Positions 26,801 to 39,645 of a DNA stretch of 64,000 nt are shown piece after piece. Each line of letters begins with the position of its first letter. Position 1 is the first letter of the stretch. The position numbers and the translations under genes were made by a program. The stretch comes from Paraspadella gotoi (taxonomy: Eukaryota; Animalia; Chaetognatha), in contig CM119266.1 in the NCBI GenBank assembly GCA_051294375.1, positions 1,059,554 to 1,123,553 on the forward strand, read 5' to 3'. Below the pieces are notes generated by a model. It did no database searches. It worked only from the letters and a program-made list of their open reading frames with translations, and was not told where the DNA came from.

Positions 26801-28360
26801 GAGAGTGGAGAGTGTCAAGTGTGGGGGTAAAGTGCTATTCAGATAAAGTTTGAAATCATATTCCACCCACAGGACACACATTCTCTCTCTCTTTTCTAAT
26901 AAAAGCCCCAAAAAAGTAAAAAATAAAGTACTGCGGTAAAATGAAGGTGACAGCTGCGAATTTAACAATCTTATAAGAGACTCAGAATATACTTACCCAC
27001 AACAAACAATTTTAAACCGAAATATCGCTGCTAGTAATTTTTTTAAGAAATTTCGAAGATTTTAGTTGAGGGTAAATGAGGAAAAACGACAAAAACTCCT
27101 CAAAAACCAAGAAAACCGGTTTTTAATTTAGCCTTGACGTTCGAATCCACGGGTTTCGAACCTCAAACATCCCAAAGTCGTCAAAAAACGACTTTGATCA
27201 AGGTCCGTCTCGCGATCAGACAACAAAACGGGCGACAACGCGATCGAGCATCGCGAGTCAAAACAACGAAACAGTCGGGAAGGCTGCGGCTTGAACATTC
27301 CGAGCTCTTCTCTCCAGTGTTTCACTTGAATTTTTTTTCCCCGGAATTTTTACTCCGAAATCGTTCGACCACAACTGCTCGACCAGGATGATTTAATTCC
27401 GAACAAACGGACCAAGAATTTTCGACTCTTAAAACAAATTATGTCGGGAAATGTTTTATTCGATCGAAAATTACGATCGAAATCGACGGGATTCCCCCGA
27501 CGCCCCAAATTCAGGAAATTGTCCGAACAATTTTTGTTTAGTTAAATCACGATTATTCCGAGTCAAGACAAACTGTCCCGCCGAAATATAATTTTATCCG
27601 AATCCCCGTCATCAAAATTACATTTGAAACAGAGTCTCTAGAGCAACGAACCTCTTGAAGAGGGCGTCGTCGACGTCGTTGAATTCGTCCTCGTCTTCCG
27701 ACGAGAACTCTGAGCCCCATCCGCCCTCGTCGTCTTCGTCGTCGAGGGCGAGTGTTTCGTCGGTGGCGCCGCCGTCGCCATTTCGCCGCGACGCCGAACG
27801 GCGATCGTCTTCGGGCTCAGTCGTCGTCGTGGATTCGTCGTCGGCGCCGTTTTCACGCCCAACGTCTTCGTAGAGGTTGTCGTGGTCGGCGACGGGCGAC
27901 TTGGCGGCTGCAGTCGGGATTTTTCTGAGTTTCAATACGAAAAACTTAATAAAAATAACTTAACAACTTACCTTTGACCACGACGACCTCGGTGCTCTTC
28001 TCTTCGATCAGCGCGCCATCGATTGTGGCCTCGACGCCGAGACCACTGACGATTGCGCCGCTTCCACCGATGGGCGCCATGGAACGACTTCCGGTTCCGG
28101 CGCCGGTGGAGCAACTCTCAGAAGTCCCCAAGGATCCGGATCGATCGAGAGGTTCGCCGTCGTCCCCGAGTTCGTAGTGATTGTCGACGAAGGGCTGCGA
28201 GGAAGAAACATTAAGAGAAATCATTATTGCATTTTCTTTCCACGTCGTAAGTTGAGTAAGTTAAGTAAACGTTTCATTTCTCTCTTTACCAAAAACCGGT
28301 TTATTCTACGCTAAAGTTGTTGTCGTCGCGGTTTTTTTTTATTACAATGACATCATCAAT

Positions 28361-28404
<44 letters not shown>

Positions 28405-31400
28405 TCTTCCTCGTCTTCAGAGTTGAGTTCGATGTCCCTCGCGACCGGAAGTCGGACGGCTTCGACCCCGCCCACTTTGTCGTAGGTCTCGTCCTCAAAG
28501 TCGTCGTTCTCCGCCCGCGAATAATCGTCAAAGTCTCCATCCTCTGGAAAGGGACAAATTAACGAGGATAAGGAAAACATGTATATGTAATCCACTCGTA
28601 ATAGTTGGTTATTTCACAAAGAAGCCTTCACCTCTGACCAGCGAGCCGCGTCGTAAGAGTTTGTTGTACCTCGGCGCGTCGGGCGGGAGCGCCGGCAGCG
28701 TGCGAGACCGAATGTCCCAACTGTTTAAAGGGGGGGGAGACAAGGCCGGTTTTTCAGTTAATGGCCCATCAATAATAGACAGAAATAGTCTGTACAATGA
28801 GCCGTAATTTATTTAAACAACCCATTTCCCAATCAACCGCGCCCCGGCTCACCTTGGCGACTTCTTCAGCAACCCTACGGCGACGGTGTGAGAGTTTGGA
28901 TGCTGCGGCAAGTCGGCGGCGCCGATCCCGCCACCGTTGGTCAAAACGGCGCCGGGCACGGGTCCACCGTTGGCCATGACGCCGCCGGCGGTAAGAGCGA
29001 TCGAACCGGTGACGCCGAAGGGAGCCAAGTATCCGTCAGCCTCGATTTGAAGTTTGTCGTAATCGGATTCGACTTTAGGGAGAGATTAGGGTCGGCGGTA
29101 AATGAGGATGAGGAATAGAAAGATTTGAGACGTTCCGTTATCGTATTGCTTAGTTCTTACCCGTTCCAGCAGGAATATCAGGAGCCGGAAGATCAGGAAT
29201 GTCGGTGTCCAGATTCTGCGCGCCAACGAAATCGGTGGAAATGGTGGACGAAGCTGAGGAGGAGCCGTCCTTGGAGGGAAGCTCCGGCCCTGATGGCAAA
29301 ATGAAGCAATATAATAATAACCTAGAATCATGACAAATGTGAGTGATTACTGTTGTTTACTAGTACATTTAGTTCGATAACTCAATAACATTAATCTTAA
29401 TTCATGGAATAAAATATAAATAGTGTCCGAAGAAACAGCCCGTTACCCTCTCCCTCGTCTGACCGGCGTCGAACTTTTCCGGCAACGGCGGAAGCGGCCG
29501 ACGTTGGCGCTGACGGTCCCGCTCAGAGTTAGTTCTCTCAAAGGCGGGGATTTCCGGTCGAGACGGCGCAGCTTCCGGTCGGGGTGGAATCGGCGGAGCC
29601 TCGTCGTCGTCGTCTCCAGTTTCTGTCAATTCCGTTGAAACGCTGGCTGCTGTAAAGGACGGGTTGAGTTCAGGGTTCGCATTAAGGGGGTAAATCGGTG
29701 ATTCAACTATCATTAAAACCGCAAAGACCCGCAAAAGAGACAAGTCTTCCACTCAATGAGCCTTCGTTTCCTCGAACTCACCAGATCCTCTTCCTTGTGA
29801 ACTACAGAGACTCGCGCTCATGGGTTTCACGGTTCTATCGATCTTGGGCTTCGGCGTGGAATCAAGGGAGGAAGAAGAAACGCCCTCGGGAAGGCTCCCA
29901 TGCGAATGGGTGAGGTCGCCCGTAGAAAGAGAGATGCTAGAGTGTCGCTTTTGAAACTCCAGGTAGGTTCCTGACGGAAGAGAAAAAGTTACTTGATGAT
30001 GCTTACTGATTTAACAATTATCAGACGCGGTTAATCATTTTGAACATTTCATGAAGACAATGTACGTATATATTAGGCGTCGGCAATAAGATTTCTCCAG
30101 TTTACTTTAAATATTTACGCTAATTAAGAGTGGCTCACTGTCAACGCTGGTCTCACTCTCCTCATTAGAATTTTTTAACTTATTCAGGAAATACGCTAAA
30201 AACGGTTTAAAATAAAAATATCTAACTTTGAAGGGCATTCGTTATAACAGATACGCAATAATTTCGAAACTTTGAAACTATTTCTATCTCATTCAGTCAT
30301 TGTCATAATTAATTTAATTATATTTAGCTAAAATTCCAAGCATTCCGCGATTCGCTTCGACCGGATTGAACTTTTTACTGACATATTCAACGATCCAAAA
30401 ATTCCATCTTTCAGACCAATCATCCGGTCGTCCCTAATGTAAAGCAGATCCCGGGGTACTTTCGAAATGAGAAAACCTCGTAAACCAAAAAAAAAAGTTG
30501 AAAAAGGAAAAACCCCTTTCTTTTCCTCCCAATAGTACATACAATTCATACATTTATAAAAGAGGTCATTTTCCTTTTCTTTCACACTCGAGTTGTTAAA
30601 CGGTTTTGAAAAATGTTCCGAAAAAAACCCTGATCGATGGGGAAGACGAAGCCGAGGGAACGGAAGGGAAGAAAGATCAAGGTTACTGGAAAAAGAAGCC
30701 ACGAATGAAGACAGTCGTGAAAAATTAGGGCAGCTGTTATTCACACTTTTCGATCGCGGAAAGGAGGGGGGGGGCAAAAGAGAGAGAGAGAGTGAGGAAA
30801 AGAAAGATCGTATATTCTGAGGGTCTGTTTTTATCATAAATCGGCGCCTCACAGGGAGAGAGAAGAAAAACTGACGGGAGAAGCTTTTCTGAACTTTTTT
30901 TTCCCCTTTGTTTTAAATAATTTAAGGCATCACCTTTGAGTAATTAGCAATTTACCTTTCACAGAACCTCAAACTCAAAACCCAATCAAGCTGGTTTTGT
31001 TCACGAAGCTTAACCGCCCCCCTCAAAAACTTCGGTATCACTCCTTTCCTCTTAAACCCTCTTGAAGAAATCCCCCGGCTCCTCCACTCCCCCCTCCCAA
31101 CCGCCCCTCCAAATCAAACAGTCCCTCACCATCGTCGGCGACGCTGAGGCTCGCCCGGTCATCCGTGGGCACGTCCAACGAGGTAAAGGAGGTGGTGTTG
31201 CTCTCGGAAAGCGTCGTCGTCGGCAGCCGCGGGTGGAGGTGGGAGGAGGAGGCGGAGAGGGAGTAAGCGAGGGGCGATGTCGAGGACGAAGTGGTCGATC
31301 CCGCAGCCGCGACGATCGACAGTTGCGACGAAGTCAGCAGCGGTCGGCAGGGCGGAACGACGACCACCGCGGGCCGCTGCTGCTGCGACGGAGGCGCGGG

Positions 31401-34400
31401 CGACGGGAAAGCCGGTCCGGAGACGCCTATGGCGGGAGAGATGACGAGCGTTGGAGCATTGGGCGAAGCGGGAACGAGGCTGGCTGGGCCGGGATGCGAG
31501 CGACGCACGTGGCCGAGCGGGGAGTCGCCGGGCGACGAAGAAGTTGTCGTCGACGCCGCGAGGGGGGCGATGATCGTCGTGGAGCGGACGGAGGGAGATC
31601 GGAGGAGGGGACCCTTGGAAGTGGGGCCCGAGACTGCAGGAGGGAAAATCGAAACGTTTCATAATTTAAATGAATACATAATTATTACATAATTTTTGAC
31701 GTTTTAAATACGAGAACGAGAAAAAAATAAGAAAGGTGGTAGTGTTCAGATGTTTTCGACCGGAGACAAAATTCTTTTCTCTTGAAAAGAAAGAAAAATT
31801 CGTGTTTGACCGACAGACCGACAGACCGACGAGGCTTGAAGAGTTTCTTGCACGCGATGCAGACGGACGAAGAGAAGAAAGAAAGAAGACTAGTTTCAAG
31901 AGTTTTCTGGGCCACGATGAAGAGAAAACTTCGACAAATAATAGAATGAGAGTCGGCGAATCACTTGCAGGACTGTCTAATCTTAGCTCGAACGTAAACG
32001 TTTAGTCTTCAGTTTCTGATCGTTTTTCTATTTTAGAAAGCAAATATCGTTTATTGGGAGATTCAGCAGAAGCCCTTACCAATGGATGGAACCGAAGGCG
32101 CGAGGGAACTTTTGATCGGAGTCCAAGGTTCCTTCGTACCAACGTAGCTCGTCGGGTGGCTCACGAACTGAAGAAAAAAAAAAATTTATTCAAAGGCGTG
32201 TCATTAATTTGATTTATTAATTTTTGATCGATTCATTAATTGAATTAATTTATCATTAGAGAAAAAATATCTTAAAACAATTCAAAATTTAACGACCACA
32301 CCCAATAACTGCCAATTACCCCATCGAAGGTCCGCGGCGGCAGAAACGCTCCCTCGCCGTCCACGTCGTCGTCCCTCTTGATGTAAGGGATCTTGTCCTC
32401 CTCGTCCGAGTGCAGTTCAATGTCGCCGTAAGGATCTTCGAGAGGCGGTGACGCCGGCGGCACCGCCGTTACTTCCGGCGACGGGGAGAGTCGGTCGACC
32501 AGCGATTCCGGAGTTGGAGTCACCGCTTGAGCGTCGGAGGGAAGAGCGGTTTCAGGAGCGGGTAGCTCAGCGTCTGTGGAATGAAGTAATATTTATAGCT
32601 CAATAAATATTAAATATATTCATTACAATAGCAAGTTTCCAAATAGTCGGTTCCTTTTTTCCAAAATAGGCGTTTCCTTTTTTCGCCAATCGAATGCCAA
32701 GAAGTTTGTTTTAAACAGAAAAAGCTGGGACCGTCTTTTGAAGCGCCACGATAAATAAAAAAAAATAGGAAAAATAAAAACCCCAAGAGTGAAAACTCTT
32801 TAAGCGTGAACTTGTCACCGTTGCCCCCGGGGCGAGAGTTTTCGTTAAGTGAAATTCGTGATTTGAGAGAAAAAAGAAGGAAAAAATTTTTTTCCAGCGA
32901 AATTACGTCGCTTTTAAGTCAACTAAGTGGGCGCGCCTCGTCGGCCGAATGATGATTTACGTGGACTTCTCCTATGAAAAGCTTTCCGATTCGTTCGTCC
33001 CGAAAGTTTGAGGTCGAAATTAGGGAGAGTCTATATGACAGAACAGCGAAGGAGGACGACAATTTTTGGAAGAGAAGCGAAGGCTAATTAAATTTTGAAA
33101 ATTCGCAACATCTCTCGCCGGCAAAAAAAAAAAAAAAAGAAAAAAAAGAAAAGAGAGAGACGTAGACGAAAAATAAGTGTAACTACAAGGGGGAAAAAGA
33201 GAGGTAAAAGAAAAAGTAAAAGAAGCAGAGAATGCATAAAAGACACAGTGTTGCGACGAATAGAAGGCGAGAGGAACGCACAAAAAATCTAGCTCAAGTT
33301 TGTTTATTTTTCTTTCGGTTTTTTTTTTCAAAAAAATCTGTGTTTATAAACGGATTTCCTGGTTATTCTTAAACTTTTCGTCTTCGTATTTGATTTTTTT
33401 TAAAAGTTTTTTCTTCCTCGCTTCAGCTCTTGTTTGATCTGCGAAGTTTTTCGTGAGTTGTCGTTGAATTCGTTGAATCCCTTCTTTTCATTTGCTTCAC
33501 GATGATATGACTTATATGTCCGAAAATCTGTTTTGAAAAACCGAGTTTTAACCGCCTCTTTTTTTTTATTAATCAAAGGAAGGATGTAAACTCTCTCTCT
33601 GGGCACTCTGAAAACTTAAAAATCTTAAATTTTATTTTTTCCAAAAACAAGAAATGTAAATAAACAATTAGGAGGTTTCAGTCTGATTTAGTAAAAGAGA
33701 ACGGCCAAAGAGACTTTGATCGACAGCGTTAGAGAGCGATATAGAGAGTGCCAAGAAAATGAGAAAAACACGAGAAAAAAAAAGGAGAAAAATAAAGAAA
33801 TTTTCAATGAAATTTTTCATTCGACCGAGAGACGTAACGAGATAAAGATCTCAAGCCACGCTGAATCTCTCTTTTGCCAAATTAATTTTTTTCTTTAAAT
33901 TCGAGCAAATCGGATTTTGAAAACGCCAACGTCTTCTGACTCATGCCCAAGACGAAGACAAAAGCGGAGGGGAGCCTCGAGAAAAACAGGTAGTTTAAAG
34001 CCTCGGCATAAAAAAGGAAGAGACATTTCGTCGGGCTCATTCCGATTTGTAACCTTTATGTTCAGCAAGTTAAATTACGCGCCACCCGTTCTGCATATAT
34101 TTCACCTCATATCACGTGAGATACTAATCGCATAACGTCAAAAGAACTTGCTCACCAGTGTTGGAACTTCCGATGTCTTCTAGTCTCACGGCGGCGCCGC
34201 TTTCGGAAATTCCATTCGTTGAGCCCAGCGGAGATTCCAGCGACGAATCCGGCAAGACGTGGACGCTATTTGGAGACGCCACGTCGACGGCGTTTCGCGG
34301 CTCCGCCGTCCATCCGTTTTTGATACTTTCTTCCTCCACGACTCCGACAACGCCGTCGGGGACGTTAAGCTCGGGTTCGCGAGTTGCATCGTCAGCGGCG

Positions 34401-34781
34401 CAGAAGTCGTTGGTAGGCGGGTCTTCCTGTGGTGGATGTTTGGCCGGGAACTCGTATTCTTCGTCTTCTTCCTCGAACGCCTCGTCAAGAAGATCTCCAG
34501 CCAATTCTGCAGAATGCGAATTTGCAAGTAGACAAAATATACAAAAGTTATAAGATAGAAATCGCTTAATATACCTAACTTTTGGATATTTAGGTCATTT
34601 TACGTATGTTTTTAAAAAAAAAAATTCTTAATAATTAATGCCAATGATTTTTCAATAATTGTTAAATAGTGCATCAAAAGGTATATAGTTAAGAAGAAAA
34701 CTGTTCCAACCGCTCCTCACCTTCCTTAGAACCGATTCCATTGCTGTCCACAATGCCGGGCATCTTTCCGGCGTCACTCAT
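533..34781 (-). CDS. ARHGEF10: ARHGEF10-like Rho guanine nucleotide exchange factor (multi-exon; 3' end continues beyond position 1)
   Basis: DH-domain exons at 23.8-26.4 kb ([23 protein letters not shown]; [30 protein letters not shown]; [39 protein letters not shown]; [20 protein letters not shown]). PH-like exons at 23805-23915, 15459-15615 (YLKLKW), 15000-15145, 6230-6410 and 5960-6135 ([11 protein letters not shown]). Beta-propeller exons at 1626-1835, 1003-1170 and 533-640 ([18 protein letters not shown]). Long low-complexity N-terminal exons at 26.5-34.8 kb; probable ATG 34781 (MSDAGKMPG). GT-AG phases are consistent where checked. Confidence 0.88.
2654..5640 (+). CDS. DEG/ENaC (ASIC-related) amiloride-sensitive channel subunit, 6 exons, nested antisense in an ARHGEF10 intron
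   Basis: HG gating motif (TSAHGY) plus TM1; [13 protein letters not shown]; GNCFTF; [13 protein letters not shown]; PGVKLLVHD; CEPECEKS; TM2 with GAS belt ([24 protein letters not shown]). Exons about 2654-3094, 3227-3584, 3755-3936, 4028-4137, 4203-4330 (GC donor) and 5422-5640. Confidence 0.93.
4376..5246 (+). mobile_element. Non-autonomous Helentron-associated element (HINE/DINE-1-like), family A, in the last ENaC intron
   Basis: T-run, then 5' subTIR gtcggatctgc with adjacent inverted copy gcagatcccgac; GTCC/GTCG microsatellite; two ~150-bp internal tandem units (gtgggtagg..gagtttaaatggaaaa); 3' subTIR gcagatccgac (5218-5228); 3' palindrome agtttgctcaaact. Confidence 0.78.
6710..9372 (+). 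CDS. Platelet-activating factor acetylhydrolase (PLA2G7/PAFAH2 family), ~13 exons, nested antisense in an ARHGEF10 intron
   Basis: [24 protein letters not shown]; PWIPSRKY; VIVFSHGL; [17 protein letters not shown]; catalytic GHSFG (~8020), MDPW (~8155) and HQSFTDF (~8482). Spliced frame is intact to TAA at 9370-9372. Confidence 0.92.
9530..14713 (+). CDS. Highly divergent mitochondrial-type elongation factor Ts (TSFM)-like protein, 7 exons, nested antisense in an ARHGEF10 intron
   Basis: Exons 9530-9571, 12913-13099, 13196-13353, 13401-13638, 13699-13862, ~13989-14317 and 14460-14713. Segments align by eye to EF-Ts: [20 protein letters not shown] (UBA-like N-domain), [78 protein letters not shown] (cf. 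ETKMLSQPYL..VVDFVRFECGEG). Confidence 0.8.
10941..12162. mobile_element. Tc1/mariner-type MITE with ~300-bp TIRs and TA target-site duplication
   Basis: TA-catggtgacaatttt ... aaaattgtcaccatg-TA. The arms match over ~300 bp. The empty site cagcttcatacatccaaattt is seen in the uninterrupted HINE copy at ~56460. Confidence 0.88.
11511..11765. mobile_element. 255-bp GC-rich TG..(C/T)A element with 4-bp TSD ATGT (solo-LTR-like or Ginger/TDD-type MITE)
   Basis: atgt|tgtggcggta...gttgccata|atgt. Short terminal inverted match TGTGGC/GCCATA. The same ends occur in the 15240-15315 element. Confidence 0.8.
15240..15315. mobile_element. 76-bp internally deleted derivative of the TG..CA element, with its own 4-bp TSD CCCT
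   Basis: ccct|tgtggcggtatattaacaccgc...tgggcatcacaggcaacccggctgttgctgca|ccct. Confidence 0.8.
16305..16790 (-). mobile_element. HINE-like family B copy (left half; the remainder lies after the duplicated block, at 23225-23517)
   Basis: Begins aaaatcttaaagcataaggatcgtcgcaatcgcataag and contains the shared ccctgcagagccagctgcagactc core. Confidence 0.75.
16820..23164 (+). repeat. ~6.3-kb tandem copy of ~10525-16790; probable assembly artefact
   Basis: Colinear with copy 1 but full of scattered 1-bp indels, dense at 16.8-18.7 kb and sparser later. Both breakpoints lie in HINE-B sequence, and the copy ends at a 25-N gap. Confidence 0.85.
19270..21064 (+). pseudogene. Frameshifted second copy of EF-Ts-like exons 2-7 (likely artefactual)
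   Basis: Lacks exon 1. Indels relative to copy 1: gaaatgaag vs gaaatggaag, cacggtttc vs cacggttc, ccctcgcc vs ccctcggcc, atgccgat vs atgcccgat. Confidence 0.6.
22645..23517 (-). mobile_element. HINE-like family B copy spanning the N gap
   Basis: Both diagnostic ends are present: cttaaagcataaggatcgtcgcaatcgc (~22650) and the atcgtcgcaaacgcaaagcgattgcgacgat hairpin (~23483-23513). Confidence 0.75.
23165..23189. other. Assembly gap (25 N)
   Basis: Run of 25 N. Confidence 0.99.
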
Positions 34782-37700
34782 GACTCAGTGCGAAGACGCC
34801 GGTCCGCCCGTCCGTACGCAAATGGCATCGTTCTCGGTGGTTGTTGTCGCAGAGAATTTGCGCTCGTCAGTCGGTCAGTCAGGTTTCATGATGAGGTTTT
34901 TGAGTTCACACACAAAGAGTCGGATTGGTGATTAAACGTTTAACGGTGGCGTTTCATCCGGTTCCGGATTCTCAAGAAAAATAACTCCGGTATTTCGTCC
35001 GAAAATGGATTAGTTTTTTCCGACGCGTAAGTTTCTCCGACGAATTTCTTATCTTCTCTCGCTCACTCGTTCTCCCTTTCGGATTGCGCACGTCCGAGTT
35101 CGGAAAAACAAAGAATTTCGTGAAGTTTTCACCGGCGGTCGGTCGGTTCCCCTTTCCCCTCGCCTTTCTTCACCGACTTGGAAAGGGAAAACGAGCGCAC
35201 GTGAAAAAAAAAACGAATCGAAATTTGTTTCTGAAAAAAAGAAGAAAGAAATCGAGACGATGATTTATGATAAAAATCGGACGAAATAAGATAAGGAGTA
35301 AAAAGAAGGAACGATAGCGAATCGGTTTTGTCGGGAATCTATGAGGATGTAAGAAGTTGTTGCTTTGTAACTTGCCGAGTTCTTTAATATTCAAAAGCAA
35401 TTAACACGATCACGATGAAACATGTACCAATTTCATGGAATTCGAAAGATTTAAGTTGGAATCACGAAAAACTATAAACGACAATTATAATGAAAACGTT
35501 CTGTACGCAATGAGATTTTTTGATGGTTTTTTGGATAATTTATTATTGTTATGAATAATCGAGACGTCAATTTTGGCTATCTACTATCTGAACCGAACGC
35601 TATCGAACCGAAAAAAAATATTAGATATGACAACAAAAACAGTTCCAATTTTATGCAGCAAGTTAAGCCGCGTGAGCAGGCAAGTTGTAAAAAGATTTTT
35701 TTGAAAACACGATTTCGACGGGGGACTTTATGATCGTAATGGCGTCGAGAAAAAAACTGAAGTAGCGGAAATCTAATTTACATTTCATTTTTTAGAACTT
35801 TCCCTCCATCGCGAGAGAGAGAGAGAGAGAGCATCTGGGAAGTCGCTCTGGCGAAAAGACCTTTTTCCTATTTTCTTTACTGTCGAACTTTGGACGATAT
35901 CGGCTTCGAGGTCGACGTTCACTTTGTTTACGAAAAACCGTCGCCGCGAATTACGCTCAACGTCGTTTGAACGATTCCATTCCGCGGCATTCCGGGCGAG
36001 GCGATTGCTCGGAATGAATTCGAGCGATTTACGTCAAGTTTGTATTATTAACAGTTGATGCATATTCGCTTACTATTTATAAAAAAATATAATATATCTT
36101 GTTACTAAATTAAAAAAAAAAAAAAACTTGTCAGAATGAGAAAAACGAGAGCGAGGGGAGTCGAGTTGTTTTTTAAAATCCATTAGGAAAAGCTAATTAG
36201 TTTCGAGCCAAATAATACGAAAGAAAAAGAGTTATTTTGACAAGTAAAAAAACATTAAAGAAGACGGTTTTAAGTTCTCGAGAGAGAGAGAGAGGACAAG
36301 AAAGAGCTGCTTAGAAGTTAGAGAAAGAAAAAACAACTGTATAATCGTTCGAAAAAGCCCCCCCCCAAAAAAAAAAAAAAAAATGTGCCTTCCCAGCAGA
36401 AACAAAACCTTATCGTTGCGCAAACAACTGCAGATAAAAACGGGTCGTTTTCTGGGGAGGGACCGCCTATCTTAACGAGATTACTAATTGCGAGAGTCCA
36501 AACACGAGGCCTATTTCAAATAATAAGGAAAATTCTGCTGGTTGATTTATCCAGATTTTTTTCCCATTTAATCTAATTAACGACTTACCTTATCGCCAGA
36601 ATCCGCTCTATGTATTTCAACCCCGTTACATTTTTTCAACCCTCAGATCCAAAGTCGATTAAGATTCACGACGAGATCGAAATCGCGGCGCCTTTGTCAA
36701 TCTGCGCCAGGTGTGCCCGACAACTTCCTTCGTCCGTGAGCTAAGAGTTAAGAACTTCCGGTCCCCTAAAACAAGGGAGAGTTTGTTGCCGTCGAAGAAG
36801 CCCGTGAAGATGCACGCCTATAAAACGGCCCCTAACCACTTGATTCGCACCGGCTTATTCCTGGCAAACGAATTCCTTTCAAATGCCATCCACTCGTCAA
36901 TTAATCCCCAGGGCCAGCCGGCCCAGACAAACTGTCGTTTCCTGAGGTCGATGACATCGCGAGCGGCGCACAAAAAGCCCTTTTTCTAAATCCTTACAAT
37001 TATTATTGAATTTTCGAGAGTCCAAAAATATAAACTTCGAACTCGAAATCGACTCGTACGCTCGGGCGGAACGTCTCAAAAGAAAACTCACTCAATCTCT
37101 CTCTCTCTCACTCACTTTCCCCCCCCCCATCTTCACCAAGAGATGCACTTAAAACTTGCCCAATTTTTCTCCTAACCCCGGCCCCCACCGGCGATCGCTC
37201 GACTCTCGGCCATCCGAAACCCAATTGGTAATTCCTTCTCCATTCGTCCAAACAAACAAGCTCTTTCCCCGAACCGGCTCGATTCTTATCGCCGACTTAT
37301 GTGATGACTTCAATAACCGTGGAGGCTTCTAAATCTGTGATCGCGTTAATGAAGGCAATTAACCGTAATAGGCAGTGGCGGGGTGACATTGATCATTACT
37401 TTTTTCATTCTGTTTTGAAACATGAAAGGACTCGCCGGCCGGTTCATTGGATAACTTCAATCGTCTATAAGCATAAATTTCGTCAACTAAAGCGCAAAAG
37501 CCAAGAAACCAACGACAAAATTTTAACTTTTTAAAAAAAAAAGAAAATCCGAGGAAAAAAATTTTCGAGAAGACAGACGAAATGTAAACAAAAAGGTTTA
37601 AGGCAAGCCAGGAGCTGATTCGCTGATCGAAGGTAGTTCTGGTACGAAGAAGAGCCATCGGCCCCGGCGCAGCGAAGGCGGCGGATCGAACGCTGCGTCG

Positions 37701-37806
37701 GTGAAAGGCACTGCGGCATCCTGCGGCATCGAAGTTTGAGGACGACGATTTTTTTCGGTCCCGAAAACCGACGATCGTGAAAAGGAAAAGAATACATACA
37801 TCTTGA

Positions 37807-38964
37807 CCATTTGAAACCCGACGCAATAAAAAAATTCACCAAACGAAAACGTGAAGAGATATAATTTTGAAAAGAGATACTTTTATGTATAAATTTTTTG
37901 ATAATTGATTTTGTATTTAATTCGTAATGTCGTAATTCGTAAATTACTAATGAGCGAAAAAAGACGAGGAGCAAATTCGAGCTTTAAATAAGAAATAAAG
38001 GGAAATTCGTCATCTGGAATTCAAAGCTCTTTTAAACAATCATAATCTTACTAATTTGTACAAATATGGGCATCGCAAGAAAGCCCGTTAAAGATTGATT
38101 CCGGAATATCGATCATAATTTCTTAAAAGTAATATACTTTATTATTAACAACTTTTAAAAATAAGGTAGTCATAATTCTATACCTTATAACTTTTACTAA
38201 GCCTTAAAAAGAATTTTTTTATGCTACAGAATTAAAAAATATATCATAGAATATAGTTTTGTAAGGGCTTAATATTAAGATCATTGTTACTTTTTAAAAA
38301 GTGTTTTAAAGATCATTTTCTAAGCTTTTTTTTACCTTTTCCTGTTAACGTACAATCCTGTACAAAAAAAATTAGAAACCCAAAAACATTAAAAATAAAT
38401 CAAATTAAATTTTTTTAAAATAAAAGATATTATAAATAAATAATATTCAAAAAAAATTGTTTAAATTTAATTAATACGTAGTTATTAAAGTGAAGTAAAA
38501 GTTTAGAATCAAAATTTGGCTATCCATTAATAAACAATAATTTTTTAAAAGTAATTAAGTTATAATTCCTAAATACTCAAACAGAATATTAAAACAGAAA
38601 AAAATTTTATTATTTTTAACCTTTTATTTTAAAATGCTGTAGCTCTGAAATGATTGGGCCAATTTTTTAAAAAATTATACAAATAAGTTCCTCTTTTAAA
38701 AATCCTTATTTCCTATTCATAATTTTTTAAAAATAATATAATGCTCATAAATTAAGGGTAAAAATTTTTGATTTATAATTTTTTTATAATATGTGTATAA
38801 AATGAGCACAACTTAAGTTTGAAGAGTGTCCTCTCTTTTTTTGCACAGGAATGTAGAAGTAAACCGAAAGAAATGATATCTATACATAAAAAATGAGTAT
38901 CTTATCTTATCTTATCTTTCGTTGAGACTTGAGCGAATTTTTTTTAACGGCGGGTTTCAAATGG
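37807..38964. mobile_element. Degenerate piggyBac-like MITE
   Basis: TIRs ccatttgaaacccgacgcaataaaaaaattc / gaatttttttt aacggcgggtttcaaatgg. The flanks ttga and ttac are each one change from TTAA. The interior is very AT-rich. Confidence 0.55.
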
Positions 38965-39645
38965 TTACTTGTAGACTGATAGAGTGAGAGGAACGTGACT
39001 GCGCCACTATCAGATTGTCGTAAAGAAATGAGAGAGAGCTTTTGCTTTCCGTCTTTTTATACGAGAGCATTAATAGAAATTTTATTACTGTTAAGCTTTT
39101 ATTTATCGCCCGACCTGTGCGGTCTGGAAGTGAATCAAATAAGATTCGTCCTTAGTATCAGATAAATCGTAGACTCAGGCTGATCTTTTTTTTTTTCGGT
39201 CACTGAATCTAATTAGTGACGAATTCTTACGATGAAACTATTGAAAAGTTATGATAAACGAGTTAAGCAAGTATTTTTCACCCCTCCACTTATCAATCTT
39301 TTGTTTTTGAATAAAGTTTTATCATCATTTGAATGCCCTCTGAAAGTAAACTGAAAACTACTCGTCGGCAACAAAAGATAGCTAGAAGAATAAGCAGAAA
39401 ATTAACTGACTTCAAATTAAATTTGAAATGAAATTTTTTTTACAAAAATCGGTAAAAAACCAATCAAGCAATTTCGCTAAAATGTAATCATAATGAACTG
39501 ATATTAAACTGGTGAAAGGTCGCATCAATTAAAAATGAACTAAATCTCTTATTCGCAAGAGAAGCTTCAGGTTTTTAACCAACACCAACATTCTCGAATA
39601 CAACCAAACTTGATATTTACAGTGAGGAGTTGAGGTCTGGAAGGA

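Noticed and set aside
31062-31692. Long overlapping plus-strand ORFs (200 and 133 aa)
   Set aside because: These are shadows of a GC-rich low-complexity ARHGEF10 exon on the minus strand.
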